DNA from: Bacteroidia bacterium
GTDB lineage: Bacteria > Bacteroidota > Bacteroidia > Bacteroidales > VadinHA17
Assembly (NCBI GenBank): GCA_026391215.1
Contig: JAPLDX010000040.1
Location: 1-62,185 of the forward strand
DNA: 62,185 nucleotides
Direction of reading: 5' to 3'
The notes below the pieces were generated by a model. The model saw only the letters and a list, made by a program, of their open reading frames with translations. It was not told the DNA's origin and ran no database searches. The translations under genes were made by a program, and so were the position numbers. This document shows, piece after piece, positions 1 to 9,988 of the stretch (position 1 is the first letter of the stretch; the number at the start of each line of letters is the position of its first letter).

Positions 1-177
1 GCTGCGTCTTCAGAAACTGCAAAGAAAAAAACAAGAACAGTGAAGAAAAGTACATCTTCCAGGTCCTCTTCAGTGAAAACGACAGCTAAGAAAACGACAG
101 CTAAGAAAAAAACGTTTAAGAAAACGACAGCAAGGAAACCCACTTCAAAATCAGGAGTAAAAAAAGCCAAGAAATAG
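1..177 (+). CDS. 3' end of a truncated gene with Lys/Thr/Ala-rich low-complexity tail (possibly a GH57 alpha-amylase of the glycogen cluster)
   Basis: Frame 1 is open from base 1 to TAG at 175-177: AASSETAKKKTRTVKKSTSSRSSSVKTTAKKTTAKKKTFKKTTARKPTSKSGVKKAKK*. The product guess rests on gene context only. Confidence 0.6.
   Translation, partial: AASSETAKKKTRTVKKSTSSRSSSVKTTAKKTTAKKKTFKKTTARKPTSKSGVKKAKK
75..134 (+). repeat. Four imperfect 15-bp tandem units encoding KTTAK-like peptides
   Basis: gaaaacgacagctaa x2, gaaaaaaacgtttaa, gaaaacgacagcaag. Confidence 0.8.
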
Positions 178-213
178 ATTATCTGAGATACATATCTAAA
201 TAAGCAAATATAA

Positions 214-3200
214 ATGAAGGCTGATTTTATTTTCGAAACCAGTTGGGAAGTATGCAATAAAGTAGGGGGAATTCATACTGTCATATCAACCAAAGCCCTG
301 AACATAGTTGACGAACTTGGTGACAATTTCATACTCATCGGTCCGGATGTATGGAGAGAGGATGCCAAGAACCCGGAATTCATGCAGGATGATTCATTAT
401 ATGCCGAGTGGAAAGGAAGGGCGGAATCAGAAGGATTAAGAGTTAAAACAGGGAGGTGGAATATTGCCGGGAAACCGATCAATATTATTGCGCAGTTCCA
501 TGAGTGGATGACCGGAACAGGAATATTATATCTCGAAAAACAGGCTCCGTGGATAGCCACTTCATTTACAACCCATGCCACCGTTCTAGGCAGATGCGTT
601 GCCGGCAACAACAGGCCCCTGTACGGGAAAATGAAAGAGTATAATCCGGGAGCGGTAGCACGTGAATTTAATGTTATTGCAAAACAATCGCTTGAAAAAA
701 TTTCAGCTTCCGTAGCAGATGTTTTTACAACTGTCAGCGGAATAACATCAAAGGAGTGCAGCCATTTCCTCGGTAAGGATGTTGATATTGTCACTCCAAA
801 CGGTTTTGAAGATTCATTTGTTCCTCCGGCTGAGATCTTTGATGAGAAAAGGAAGGCCGCCAGAGCGAAACTGATAAGCGTTGCAGAGGCAATCCTTGGC
901 TATAAGCTGTCAGAAAATTGCATGCTTGTTGCCAACAGCGGGAGATATGAATTCCGGAACAAAGGGATTGATATTTTTATTGATTCGCTCGGACAGCTGA
1001 ACAGGAAAGACAACATAGAAAAAGAATGTGTTGCCTTCATACTGATGCCTGCGTATCATAAAGGCCCCCGTCAGGATCTGATTGATATTCTGTATAATAA
1101 TGGACCTGCTAACGGAGGTGACAGGTACCTGACCCACAGCCTTCATTATCCTGGAACCGATCCGGTACTGCAGAGAATTAATACCAATAGTCTCCGCAAT
1201 GATCAGAAATCAAAAGTCAAGATAATCTTTGCACCTTCCTACCTGAACGGGAACGACGGTATATTCAACATGCCGTATTATGATCTTCTTATTGGTTTTG
1301 ATCTCTCCGTATTCCCTTCATATTATGAGCCATGGGGATATACCCCCCTTGAGAGCCTTATGTTCTCAATTCCTACTGTTACAACCTCACTCTCAGGTTT
1401 CGGGCTTTGGGTGCGCGATTATTTCAAGGAACCGGGAAACGGTATCGCAGTGATAGAAAGAACTGACGATAATGAAAATAAAGTCGTTACAGAAATAAAG
1501 GATTTTATATCAATGTTCATCGGCCTCTCTGACATTGAGATTAAGGAAGCCAGGAAAAAAGCTCATGAAATTTCGAGGATAGCAATGTGGGACAGCCTTG
1601 TGGAATATTATTTCAAGGCTTATGAAATTGCATTCGATCATAGCAGTGTCAGGAGAGAAGAGCCAAGAGAATTTATCAGGTTTGTCGAAGCGGCAGGAGT
1701 ACCTGTAAGGAAACCCCACCAGGTACCTGTATGGAAAGATATTTATGTTCAGAGCGATGTCCCGGAAAAACTGGCATCACTTAAATCTCTTGCAAATAAT
1801 CTGTGGTGGTCATGGGATACAGAAGCTGAATCATTATTCAAAAGGATGGATCCCTCGCTCTGGGAAGATGTAAAGCATAATCCTAAACTGCTTCTTGAAA
1901 AGATTGATTATAAAAGGCTTCTTGTTCTCGAGGATGATGAGGAATTTGTTGCTGATCTCGAAAAAATAGATAAAGATTTCAGGGAATACCTGAACCGTCC
2001 TGCTGATCCTGAAAAACCATCAATTGCTTATTTCAGCATGGAGTTTGGAATACATCCCTGCCTGAAAATATATTCAGGAGGCCTCGGACTTCTTGCAGGT
2101 GACTATCTCAAGGAGGCAAGCGATTCAAACATAAATATCACCGGGATTGGATTACTTTACCGGTACGGTTATTTCAGGCAAAAGCTGGGACCTAAAGGAG
2201 AACAGCTGGAAGTCTATGAAGCTGAGGACTTTTCACGGCTGCCAATAAATCCCGTAAAGGATAAAGATGGCAATCATCTGAACGTGTCCCTGGCATGGCC
2301 GGGAAGAACTGTAAAAATACGGGTATGGGAAGCCATGGTTGGAAAAGTCCGGCTTGTGCTTCTTGATACCGATTTTGATGATAACGTACCCGAGGACCGC
2401 GCAGTAACGCATCATTTGTATGGCGGTGATATTGAAAACAGGCTGCGCCAGGAGCTTATTTTAGGAATCGGAGGAATAAGAGCTCTGGCTGCAATGGAAT
2501 TGAACCCCGATATCTACCATAGTAATGAAGGCCACTCAGCTTTTATAAGCCTTGAAAGGCTAAGGACAATGATCGAGGAGCACCATCTTACTTTTAAACA
2601 GGCTCTTGAAGCTGTAAGGGCTTCTACACTCTTTACGACCCATACACCAGTTCCAGCCGGGCATGATGCATTTGATGAGGATTTGCTAAGAAAATATATT
2701 TCCCATTACAGCGGCAGGCTTAATATTACATGGGATGAACTGACAGCTCTCGGCAGATGTGAAGGTGATGTCGACAGGAAATTCAATATGAGCTTCCTGG
2801 CAACCAGGATGTCTCAGGAAGTAAACGGGGTCAGCAAGCTGCATGGAGAGGTAAGCCAGGGGATGTTTAATAAATTATGGCCAGGTTATCTGAAAGATGA
2901 GCTGTTTATCGGATATGTTACAAACGGGGTTCACCATCCGACCTGGACTGCCCCTGAATGGAAAGAGGTATATAGGGAGCTTACCGGGAAAATAAATTTT
3001 GACCAGACTGACAGGAGTTTGTGGGAAAAGCTATACACAATAGATGATAAAAGGATTTACGAGATAAAAAAAGAACTCAAGAAGAACCTCTTTTCGAACA
3101 TCAGGAAAAGGCTTCAGACCGATATGATTGAAAAACACGTAAGTCCGCGTACGCTCCTCAACATAAGCAGTCATCTTGATGAAAAAGCATTGACTATCGG

Positions 3201-4257
3201 CTTTGCACGACGATTTGCCACCTATAAGAGAGCGTCCCTTTTATTCAGGGATCTTGACAGGCTTGACCGTATTGTGAATAACCCTGATAAGCCGGTTCAG
3301 TTCATATATGCAGGTAAAGCCCACCCGCATGACGGAGGAGGGAAGGATCTCATAAAAAGGATATTTGAAATATCCCAGATGCCCAAGTTTGCCGGCAAGG
3401 TGATATTCCTTGAAAACTATGATATTGAGCTGGCAAAATATCTGGTCAGAGGTGTTGATATATGGCTGAATACACCGACAAGACCATTGGAGGCCTCAGG
3501 CACCAGCGGCGAAAAAGGTGTGATGAACGGGACCATACATTTCAGTGTACTCGACGGTTGGTGGGTTGAAGGCTACAGGGCTTTTGCCGGCTGGGCGCTT
3601 CCGAAGAAAAGAACCTTCACAAACCAGGATCTTCAGGATGATGTTGATGCTGAAACAATTTATAATATGCTGGAATATGAGATTATCCCCGCATATTATT
3701 CATTTGACAACCAGGGAATTCCTGTGGAATGGATCAGCCTTGTCAAAAATACTATGGTAAAAATCGCACCGGAATTCACTATGAAACGGCAACTCGACGA
3801 TTATTATGATAAATACTATTCAAAGCTATTTACACGCAGCAAATACCTCATAGCAAACAATTTCGAAAAAGCCAAGGAGCTTGCTGCCTGGAAGAAGACC
3901 ATGCTTGAAGAATGGGATAATATCGAGGTATTGAATTACAGCTTTGAAAAACCTGAAGAGAACATTTATCATTCAGGACACGATTACAAAGCTGAAATTG
4001 CACTGAATATCAAGAAGATACCAAAGGAAAATGTCGGTGTAGAATATGTAATTACTCATATGAGCAAGCAGGGGGAACATGAATTTGTAGGCAGTAAAGA
4101 TTTTGCATTAGTAAGCAGCAAGAGCGGTAAGTGCTTCTACAGAGCTAATATGGTCCCTGAAAAGGCAGGGACATTCTTCTATGGCATAAGGATCTATCCT
4201 AAACATAAAGATCTTCCGCACAAGCAGGATTTCTATCTGCTCCGCTGGATTGATTAA
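214..4257 (+). CDS. glgP: Fused glycogen synthase (GT3) / alpha-glucan phosphorylase (GT35)
   Basis: N-half has WEVCNKVGGIHTV, FHEW, TTHAT and PSYYEPWGYTPLE (GT3). C-half has YFSMEFG, YSGGLG, HSNEGH, FARRFATYKRA and the PLP-site motif EASGTSGEK. Confidence 0.92.
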   Translation: MKADFIFETSWEVCNKVGGIHTVISTKALNIVDELGDNFILIGPDVWREDAKNPEFMQDDSLYAEWKGRAESEGLRVKTGRWNIAGKPINIIAQFHEWMTGTGILYLEKQAPWIATSFTTHATVLGRCVAGNNRPLYGKMKEYNPGAVAREFNVIAKQSLEKISASVADVFTTVSGITSKECSHFLGKDVDIVTPNGFEDSFVPPAEIFDEKRKAARAKLISVAEAILGYKLSENCMLVANSGRYEFRNKGIDIFIDSLGQLNRKDNIEKECVAFILMPAYHKGPRQDLIDILYNNGPANGGDRYLTHSLHYPGTDPVLQRINTNSLRNDQKSKVKIIFAPSYLNGNDGIFNMPYYDLLIGFDLSVFPSYYEPWGYTPLESLMFSIPTVTTSLSGFGLWVRDYFKEPGNGIAVIERTDDNENKVVTEIKDFISMFIGLSDIEIKEARKKAHEISRIAMWDSLVEYYFKAYEIAFDHSSVRREEPREFIRFVEAAGVPVRKPHQVPVWKDIYVQSDVPEKLASLKSLANNLWWSWDTEAESLFKRMDPSLWEDVKHNPKLLLEKIDYKRLLVLEDDEEFVADLEKIDKDFREYLNRPADPEKPSIAYFSMEFGIHPCLKIYSGGLGLLAGDYLKEASDSNINITGIGLLYRYGYFRQKLGPKGEQLEVYEAEDFSRLPINPVKDKDGNHLNVSLAWPGRTVKIRVWEAMVGKVRLVLLDTDFDDNVPEDRAVTHHLYGGDIENRLRQELILGIGGIRALAAMELNPDIYHSNEGHSAFISLERLRTMIEEHHLTFKQALEAVRASTLFTTHTPVPAGHDAFDEDLLRKYISHYSGRLNITWDELTALGRCEGDVDRKFNMSFLATRMSQEVNGVSKLHGEVSQGMFNKLWPGYLKDELFIGYVTNGVHHPTWTAPEWKEVYRELTGKINFDQTDRSLWEKLYTIDDKRIYEIKKELKKNLFSNIRKRLQTDMIEKHVSPRTLLNISSHLDEKALTIGFARRFATYKRASLLFRDLDRLDRIVNNPDKPVQFIYAGKAHPHDGGGKDLIKRIFEISQMPKFAGKVIFLENYDIELAKYLVRGVDIWLNTPTRPLEASGTSGEKGVMNGTIHFSVLDGWWVEGYRAFAGWALPKKRTFTNQDLQDDVDAETIYNMLEYEIIPAYYSFDNQGIPVEWISLVKNTMVKIAPEFTMKRQLDDYYDKYYSKLFTRSKYLIANNFEKAKELAAWKKTMLEEWDNIEVLNYSFEKPEENIYHSGHDYKAEIALNIKKIPKENVGVEYVITHMSKQGEHEFVGSKDFALVSSKSGKCFYRANMVPEKAGTFFYGIRIYPKHKDLPHKQDFYLLRWID

Positions 4258-6281
4258 ATATCAGTTGCCTTTCTGATAGGTTCCTTTTTAAAAACGAGGG
4301 CTGTTCTGGAAGGCAGATACAGATAAAGATAGAAGGGCACATTAACACCGTGTCTTTCTGCTTTTTTGATGGAAGTATAGATTGCGGATCTGTCAACACT
4401 ATCAAATCCTCCAAATTCAGGATCATCAGTATCAACTATTATTTTATACTTGCCTTTAACCGGTATCCCGTAATCTGTAAAGGAAGCCTGGGGATGGAAG
4501 TTGAACACGAATAACAGATCACCTCTTGAGAATGCAATCACCTTATCGTGATCGTTTTCATAAATTCTGAAAACGGAAGGAATGTCGAGTACCCTGAAGT
4601 CATGATGCAGCTTCACCATCTGCCTGTCGAATTGCGCCAGGAATTGATATTTAAGATCTTTGTTTTCAACGAGATACCATTGCCTGCGGGCATATTTATA
4701 ACTCCAGTTATTCCCTTCACGAGGGAAGTCGATCCATTCCGGATGGCCGAACTCATTTCCCATAAAATTCAGGTAACCGCCGGCCGATGTGCTGAAAGTC
4801 AACAGCCTGATCATTTTATGGAGAGCTATTCCGCGGTCAACGGTAAGACTATGATGCCACTTAGTCATTCCTGTATACATCTCAGCGTCGATCATCCTGA
4901 AAATAAGCGTTTTATCACCGACGAGCGCCTGGTCGTGCGATTCGCAATATGATATGACCCTCTCTTCAGGCCTGTGCTGTGTAAGTTCATGTATGAGCTT
5001 GCCCATATCCCAGTTTTCATCAACGACCTCTTTAACGAGTTTTATCCAGAAATCGGGAACGCCCATCGATAACCGGTAATCAAATCCGAAACCTTTTTTT
5101 GATGTTTCAGCAGCAAGTCCGGGCATCCCACTCATCTCTTCTGCAATTGTCATTGCCCCTGGCTTGAATTCATGGATCAATTTATTTGCCAGGTAGAGAT
5201 AGATCAGGGCATCAACATCCTGCCCTCCGTTAAAATACTCGTTATACGAGGTAAAATTCTTGCCAAGGCCATGGTCATAATAGATCATGCTTGTTATACC
5301 ATCAAATCTGAAGCCATCGAACCTGTACTCCTCGAGCCAGTAACGGCAATTTGATAAAAGAAAGTGGATCACATTATCCTTGCCATAGTCAAAGCACAGT
5401 GAATCCCAGGCTATATGGTTCCTGCGTTCATTTGTGTGGAAATATTGTCCTGGCGATCCGTCAAAAAGGCCAAGTCCTTCATTTGTATTCTTTACTGAGT
5501 GGGAATGAACAAGGTCCATTATGACCCTCAGTCCTGCCATATGGGCTTTATCAATAAGCTGTTTGAGATCCTCAGGTGTTCCAAACCTTGATGAAGCTGC
5601 AAAGAAGCTGGAGACATGATAACCGAAGGATCCGTAAAAAGGATGTTCCTGAATAGCCATCAGCTGGATGGTATTGTACCCGGCCCTGGCAATCATTGGG
5701 ATGACATTTTCTGCGAATTCACGATATGTCCCTGTCTTTTCCTCCTGCGTTGCCATTCCAACATGCGCTTCATAAATGACAGGTGTCGTTACTTCAGGTC
5801 TGAAATCCGGGATCTGCCATTTATAAGGCTCATCCGGATTCCATATCTGCGCAGAAAATATTTTGGTCCTGTCATCCTGAACCAGCCTTGTTGCGTAAGA
5901 TGGTATGCGTTCACCCTTTCCTCCCGGCCAGTGAACTGACAGTTTAAAGAGATCTCCATGATTCAGGGCTTTTAACGGAAGAGTTATCTCCCAGTCCCCG
6001 TTCTGGTTTATCTTTTGCATTCTATACTCCGGTTTTTCTTTCCATCCGTTAAAGATGCCGGTTAAAAAAATATCAGTCGCATTGGGTGCCCATTCCCTGA
6101 AGATCCAGTTTTCTGCTGTCCGGTGGATTCCGTAATAAAAATGTCCAAGCGCAAAATTACACAGTGTCGAATTGCCGGCAAGCTGCTTTTCTTTAAGCTG
6201 ACATTTGTTGATACGATCATCAATAATACCAGTAAATGGCTTCAGCCAGGGATCGGCAGTGTAAAACTTCCCGGTACTCAT
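4254..6281 (-). CDS. glgB: 1,4-alpha-glucan branching enzyme (GH13, eukaryote-like subtype)
   Basis: FREWAPNA, IYEAHVG, GSFGYHV, DLVHSH, FDGFRFDG, ESHDQALVGDKT, LNFMGNEFGHPEWIDFPR. Confidence 0.93.
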   Translation of the reverse strand: MSTGKFYTADPWLKPFTGIIDDRINKCQLKEKQLAGNSTLCNFALGHFYYGIHRTAENWIFREWAPNATDIFLTGIFNGWKEKPEYRMQKINQNGDWEITLPLKALNHGDLFKLSVHWPGGKGERIPSYATRLVQDDRTKIFSAQIWNPDEPYKWQIPDFRPEVTTPVIYEAHVGMATQEEKTGTYREFAENVIPMIARAGYNTIQLMAIQEHPFYGSFGYHVSSFFAASSRFGTPEDLKQLIDKAHMAGLRVIMDLVHSHSVKNTNEGLGLFDGSPGQYFHTNERRNHIAWDSLCFDYGKDNVIHFLLSNCRYWLEEYRFDGFRFDGITSMIYYDHGLGKNFTSYNEYFNGGQDVDALIYLYLANKLIHEFKPGAMTIAEEMSGMPGLAAETSKKGFGFDYRLSMGVPDFWIKLVKEVVDENWDMGKLIHELTQHRPEERVISYCESHDQALVGDKTLIFRMIDAEMYTGMTKWHHSLTVDRGIALHKMIRLLTFSTSAGGYLNFMGNEFGHPEWIDFPREGNNWSYKYARRQWYLVENKDLKYQFLAQFDRQMVKLHHDFRVLDIPSVFRIYENDHDKVIAFSRGDLLFVFNFHPQASFTDYGIPVKGKYKIIVDTDDPEFGGFDSVDRSAIYTSIKKAERHGVNVPFYLYLYLPSRTALVFKKEPIRKATDI

Positions 6282-6359
6282 CTTGCTTGATAATTGGGTA
6301 TCTGCCGATAAAAGTACAAAAACAAAATCATTATTTTATAGCATTTCCCGGCGCTTTGC

Positions 6360-6367
6360 TAATTTTG
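6360..6367 (+). promoter_or_regulatory. Bacteroidota -7 promoter box for ribF
   Basis: TAATTTTG matches TAnnTTTG, 18 nt before the ATG. Confidence 0.55.
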
Positions 6368-6385
6368 CATTAATAGCAGCATGCA

Positions 6386-7315
6386 ATGATTATTCATGAG
6401 GGATATAAGAATCTTAAACTTGTCAATCCTGTGGTAACTCTGGGGATCTTTGACGGGGTACATCTGGGACACAGGGCTCTGCTTGATTGCCTTGTCTCGC
6501 GTACCCGTGAAGTCAACGGAGAATCTGTCGTCATAACTTTTAACCCTCATCCCAGGATTGTGATTGAAGGGAACAGTAAGGAGATCTCCTTTCTTTCGAC
6601 CATGGTAGAGAAGCAAAACCTGCTTGAAAAAACAGGTATTGACCATCTGATAATTATTAATTTCACCGAGCAGTTCAGCAAAATATCAGCATATGATTTC
6701 ATAAAAAAAATACTTGTTCGAGAGGTCAGGACAAGATATCTCATAATCGGGCATGATCATCATTTCGGATATCAGGGAGAAGGAGATTATAAGACAATAG
6801 AAAGTTGTGCTGTATCCTCTGGCTTTATAGTAGAGCAGGTACAGGGTTTTAAAATCCCTGAGGGCATAATAAGCTCATCAATGATACGTGAGGCTCTGCT
6901 GAAAGGGAAAATCGATGATGCTAACAGTTGGCTCGGATATAATTATTCATTAAAGGGGATGGTTATTGAAGGCAGGAAGATCGGTAGACAGATAGGATAC
7001 CCCACAGCCAACATCATGCCCGGTGAAAAGCATAAGCTTGTACCGGGTGATGGAGTCTATGCTGTTGAGGTTCAAATAGATAATATGAAGCTGGCGGGGA
7101 TGCTGAGTATAGGGAATAATCCCACGGTAAGCAAGAAAGCCGATTCAAGATCAGTTGAGGTCAATATTTTCAATTTTAAGAAAGATATTTACGGAAAGAG
7201 TATTGAAATTATTTTCAGGTTCCGTCTAAGGGACGAGAAGAAATTTGATAGTACAGAGCAGCTCGCCGGGCAGATGGAAAAGGACAGAAAGAGAGCCATG
7301 GAATTGCTTGGATGA
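6386..7315 (+). CDS. ribF: Bifunctional riboflavin kinase / FAD synthetase
   Basis: GIFDGVHLGH, TFNPHP, ISSSMIR, GRQIGYPTAN, LRDEKKF. Confidence 0.95.
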   Translation: MIIHEGYKNLKLVNPVVTLGIFDGVHLGHRALLDCLVSRTREVNGESVVITFNPHPRIVIEGNSKEISFLSTMVEKQNLLEKTGIDHLIIINFTEQFSKISAYDFIKKILVREVRTRYLIIGHDHHFGYQGEGDYKTIESCAVSSGFIVEQVQGFKIPEGIISSSMIREALLKGKIDDANSWLGYNYSLKGMVIEGRKIGRQIGYPTANIMPGEKHKLVPGDGVYAVEVQIDNMKLAGMLSIGNNPTVSKKADSRSVEVNIFNFKKDIYGKSIEIIFRFRLRDEKKFDSTEQLAGQMEKDRKRAMELLG

Positions 7316-7332
7316 ATTAAGATTGTTTTTTT

Positions 7333-7340
7333 TAACTTTG
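7333..7340 (+). promoter_or_regulatory. Bacteroidota -7 promoter box for ahcY
   Basis: TAACTTTG in the 68-bp intergenic region. Confidence 0.55.
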
Positions 7341-7383
7341 CGCTCTTTAAGCAGGTAACATTATAAATTTAGTAATAGATAAA

Positions 7384-8778
7384 ATGCAATACAAGGTCAA
7401 AGACATTTCCCTTGCCGAGTTTGGCAGAAAGGAAATAGAGATAGCAGAAAAAGAAATGCCGGGTCTTCTGGCTATAATGAAGAAATACTCCATTGAAAAG
7501 CCGCTTAAGGGAGCTCGCATCACAGGATCGCTTCACATGACGATCCAGACTGCAGTACTCATAGAAACTCTTGCAGAGCTTGGTGCTGATGTGCGCTGGG
7601 CAAGCTGTAATATTTTTTCAACCCAGGATCATGCGGCTGCAGCAATTGCCAAAAGTGGTACCCCGGTATTTGCCTGGAAAGGAGAATCTCTTGAGGAATA
7701 CTGGTGGTGTACCGCCCAGGCACTCTCATTTCCGGGAGGCAAAGGTCCGAACCTGATTGTAGATGACGGCGGTGATGCATCTCTCCTTGTTCATCTGGGC
7801 TATAAGGCAGAAAATGATCCCGGTATCCTGAATAAAAAACCGGAGAACCATGAAGAGGCGGTAATTCTTTCCACGTTGAAAAACCTGCTGGCTGATGAAC
7901 CCGGTAAATGGCACCGGACCGTCAGTGAGCTTAAAGGGATATCGGAAGAGACAACCACAGGAGTTCACAGGTTATACCAGATGCTTGATAACAATGAATT
8001 GCTGGTTCCTGCAATAAATGTCAATGATTCAGTGACAAAATCCAAATTCGATAATCTTTACGGATGCAGGGAATCTCTGGCAGATGGTATTAAAAGAGCT
8101 ACTGATGTGATGATTGCAGGCAAGGTGGTAGTTGTTTGCGGATATGGTGATGTAGGAAAGGGTTGTGCAAAATCAATGAGAGCCTACGGCGCCAGGGTCA
8201 TAGTTACGGAAATTGATCCGATCTGTGCCCTTCAGGCATCTATGGAAGGCTTTGAAGTAAAGACTGTTGAAGATACTCTGGCTGAAGGGAATATTTTTGT
8301 CACAGCTACCGGGAACAGGGATATCATAACTGTTGAGTACCTGAAGAAAATGAAAGATCAGGCAATTGTGTGCAATATAGGCCATTTTGACAACGAGATC
8401 CAGATTGATGCCCTTAATGCCCTTAAAGGTGTTGAGAAGATCAATATTAAGCCGCAGGTGGATAAATATTTATTCCCTGACGGGCATGCTGTTTTTATCC
8501 TTGCAGAGGGGAGACTGGTGAACCTTGGTTGTGCAACAGGGCATCCTTCATTTGTCATGAGCAACTCTTTCAGCAATCAGACGCTTGCTCAGCTGGATCT
8601 CTGGAAGAATGAATATAAGATCGGCGTTTACAGGATTACAAAACATCTTGATGAAGAGGTTGCAAGACTTCATCTTGACCAGCTTGGAGTGAAGCTTACA
8701 AAGCTCACTAAGGAACAGTCTGATTATATCGGAGTTCCTAAGGAAGGACCGTATAAGCCAGAGCATTACAGATACTAA
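7384..8778 (+). CDS. ahcY: Adenosylhomocysteinase
   Basis: [52 protein letters not shown]-terminal PEHYRY. Confidence 0.97.
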   Translation: MQYKVKDISLAEFGRKEIEIAEKEMPGLLAIMKKYSIEKPLKGARITGSLHMTIQTAVLIETLAELGADVRWASCNIFSTQDHAAAAIAKSGTPVFAWKGESLEEYWWCTAQALSFPGGKGPNLIVDDGGDASLLVHLGYKAENDPGILNKKPENHEEAVILSTLKNLLADEPGKWHRTVSELKGISEETTTGVHRLYQMLDNNELLVPAINVNDSVTKSKFDNLYGCRESLADGIKRATDVMIAGKVVVVCGYGDVGKGCAKSMRAYGARVIVTEIDPICALQASMEGFEVKTVEDTLAEGNIFVTATGNRDIITVEYLKKMKDQAIVCNIGHFDNEIQIDALNALKGVEKINIKPQVDKYLFPDGHAVFILAEGRLVNLGCATGHPSFVMSNSFSNQTLAQLDLWKNEYKIGVYRITKHLDEEVARLHLDQLGVKLTKLTKEQSDYIGVPKEGPYKPEHYRY

Positions 8779-8781
8779 TGT

Positions 8782-8906
8782 ACACGTACCCACCCCCTTC
8801 ATCCCCCTCCCTGCTTGCGCAAGGAGGGGGATAATTATTTGATATACAATAAATTAAGCCCCCTTCCTTACGAAGTAGGGAAGGGGGTTGGGGGATGGGT
8901 ACATGT
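8782..8906. repeat. C/G-tract REP-like doublet, copy A (between convergent ahcY and lipoprotein gene)
   Basis: Inverted ends ACACGTACCCACCCCC / GGGGGATGGGTACATGT, hairpins at 8803-8830 and 8859-8887, AT-rich linker. A reverse-oriented homolog lies at 34490-34635. Confidence 0.9.
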
Positions 8907-8909
8907 TCT

Positions 8910-9389
8910 CTAGTAATTATTCCAAACCCTCAGGTACCTTCCGTCGAAACTGGTTCTGTAATTTTTCAAAGGGTATTGTCCGGGGCCTGAAGATGGCGTT
9001 CCGAATGAGAAAAGCTCATAATAGGTGCTGCATTTAGGGCAGATTGCCTGGGTAAAGTCAACATTCACTTTTATGCTGAGTTCGCTGATGGCATAATCAT
9101 GAGGACATGTACGGTCATATGCATTAAATTCTTCCTGCATAGACCTGTAAATGATAATGCCATTTCCATCAAATCCTCCGGCATATTTCCTGTCAATGAT
9201 CTTCATGTCATTCGCATCTACAATAACAGAGCCGGTTAAAGTTTCAAGAGAAGGATAGTCAAGAATGTCAATTGTGAATTCTATATATTCATCAGGAATA
9301 ACATCATTCTTGTTTCTCTCGCATGAAACGAGTAAAAAAACAATGGCTGAAGAAATAAAAAAATATCTTATTTTTGATCCTGTTGCCAT
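8910..9389 (-). CDS. Putative lipoprotein with Rieske-like Cys/His motifs
   Basis: Likely start ATG at 9389 (MATGSK), lipobox LLVSC, motifs DRTCPHD and CPKC, PLKNY near the C-terminus. Confidence 0.7.
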   Translation of the reverse strand: MATGSKIRYFFISSAIVFLLVSCERNKNDVIPDEYIEFTIDILDYPSLETLTGSVIVDANDMKIIDRKYAGGFDGNGIIIYRSMQEEFNAYDRTCPHDYAISELSIKVNVDFTQAICPKCSTYYELFSFGTPSSGPGQYPLKNYRTSFDGRYLRVWNNY

Positions 9390-9472
9390 CCCGGGAAAAT
9401 TATGGTACAAAATTAGCATTAACCCCGGGATAAGTAACGATACTTGTTACTGATTATTATAATTACAATAAA

Positions 9473-9865
9473 ATGAATCGATTGTCAGCCTTTAAGTATC
9501 TGCTTGCAATGCTGGTTTTTATCCTGGCTGTTTCAGTATGCAATGCATATCCGGTTATCAATGGGAATGTTTCAGGGAATGGAAGTGAAATGGTCAATGC
9601 TCCGCAATCACGGAAAAAGAAGGCTAAAATAAAAAGGCCTGTGAGTGCTGAAAAAGCTCAAAAAGCGGCAGATGCAAAGGATAAGAAGCGGAAAAAGGAT
9701 TCGGAAAAATATATTAAGGAGAACCAGAAAAGGTCAATCGAAATACAAACGCCTGAAGTTCAGGAGCGTATGAAGCAGAATGTCAAGGATGCAGATGCCC
9801 GGTACAAGGACAAGAAGAAAAACAGTACGGCGAGGACCAAAAAAGCAGGAAAGAAGTACAGATAG
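9473..9865 (+). CDS. Hypothetical exported Lys-rich protein
   Basis: 130-aa ORF with hydrophobic signal-like N-terminus and basic body (IQTPEVQERMK). Confidence 0.65.
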   Translation: MNRLSAFKYLLAMLVFILAVSVCNAYPVINGNVSGNGSEMVNAPQSRKKKAKIKRPVSAEKAQKAADAKDKKRKKDSEKYIKENQKRSIEIQTPEVQERMKQNVKDADARYKDKKKNSTARTKKAGKKYR

Positions 9866-9896
9866 CATATGTAAATCACTAATTTCCAGTAATATT

Positions 9897-9928
9897 TTTG
9901 TTTTTGTTTTAAAAATTTTTTATTTTTG
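9897..9928 (+). promoter_or_regulatory. Bacteroidota -33/-7 promoter for greA
   Basis: TTTG (9897-9900), 20-nt spacer, TATTTTTG (9921-9928). Confidence 0.65.
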
Positions 9929-9933
9929 TAATT

Positions 9934-9970
9934 GAAGAGTTCCGGAAACCCCGGGATTCTTCTCTTTTTT
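9934..9970 (+). terminator. Intrinsic terminator-like hairpin in the greA 5' leader
   Basis: GAAGAGTTCCGG-loop-CCGGGATTCTTC (two G:U pairs) followed by TCTTTTTT. Confidence 0.55.
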
Positions 9971-9988
9971 ACATTGCTTAGGAGAATA

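Noticed and set aside
7316-7383. SAH/SAM riboswitch upstream of ahcY (also FMN at ribF, T-box at serS)
   Set aside because: The leaders are too short and AT-rich, with no aptamer consensus visible.
9932-9988. Longest-ORF starts for greA, HIT, argG, serS and the 8910 and 37015 ORFs
   Set aside because: Downstream ATGs match the family N-termini or signal peptides; the greA extension runs through the leader hairpin.
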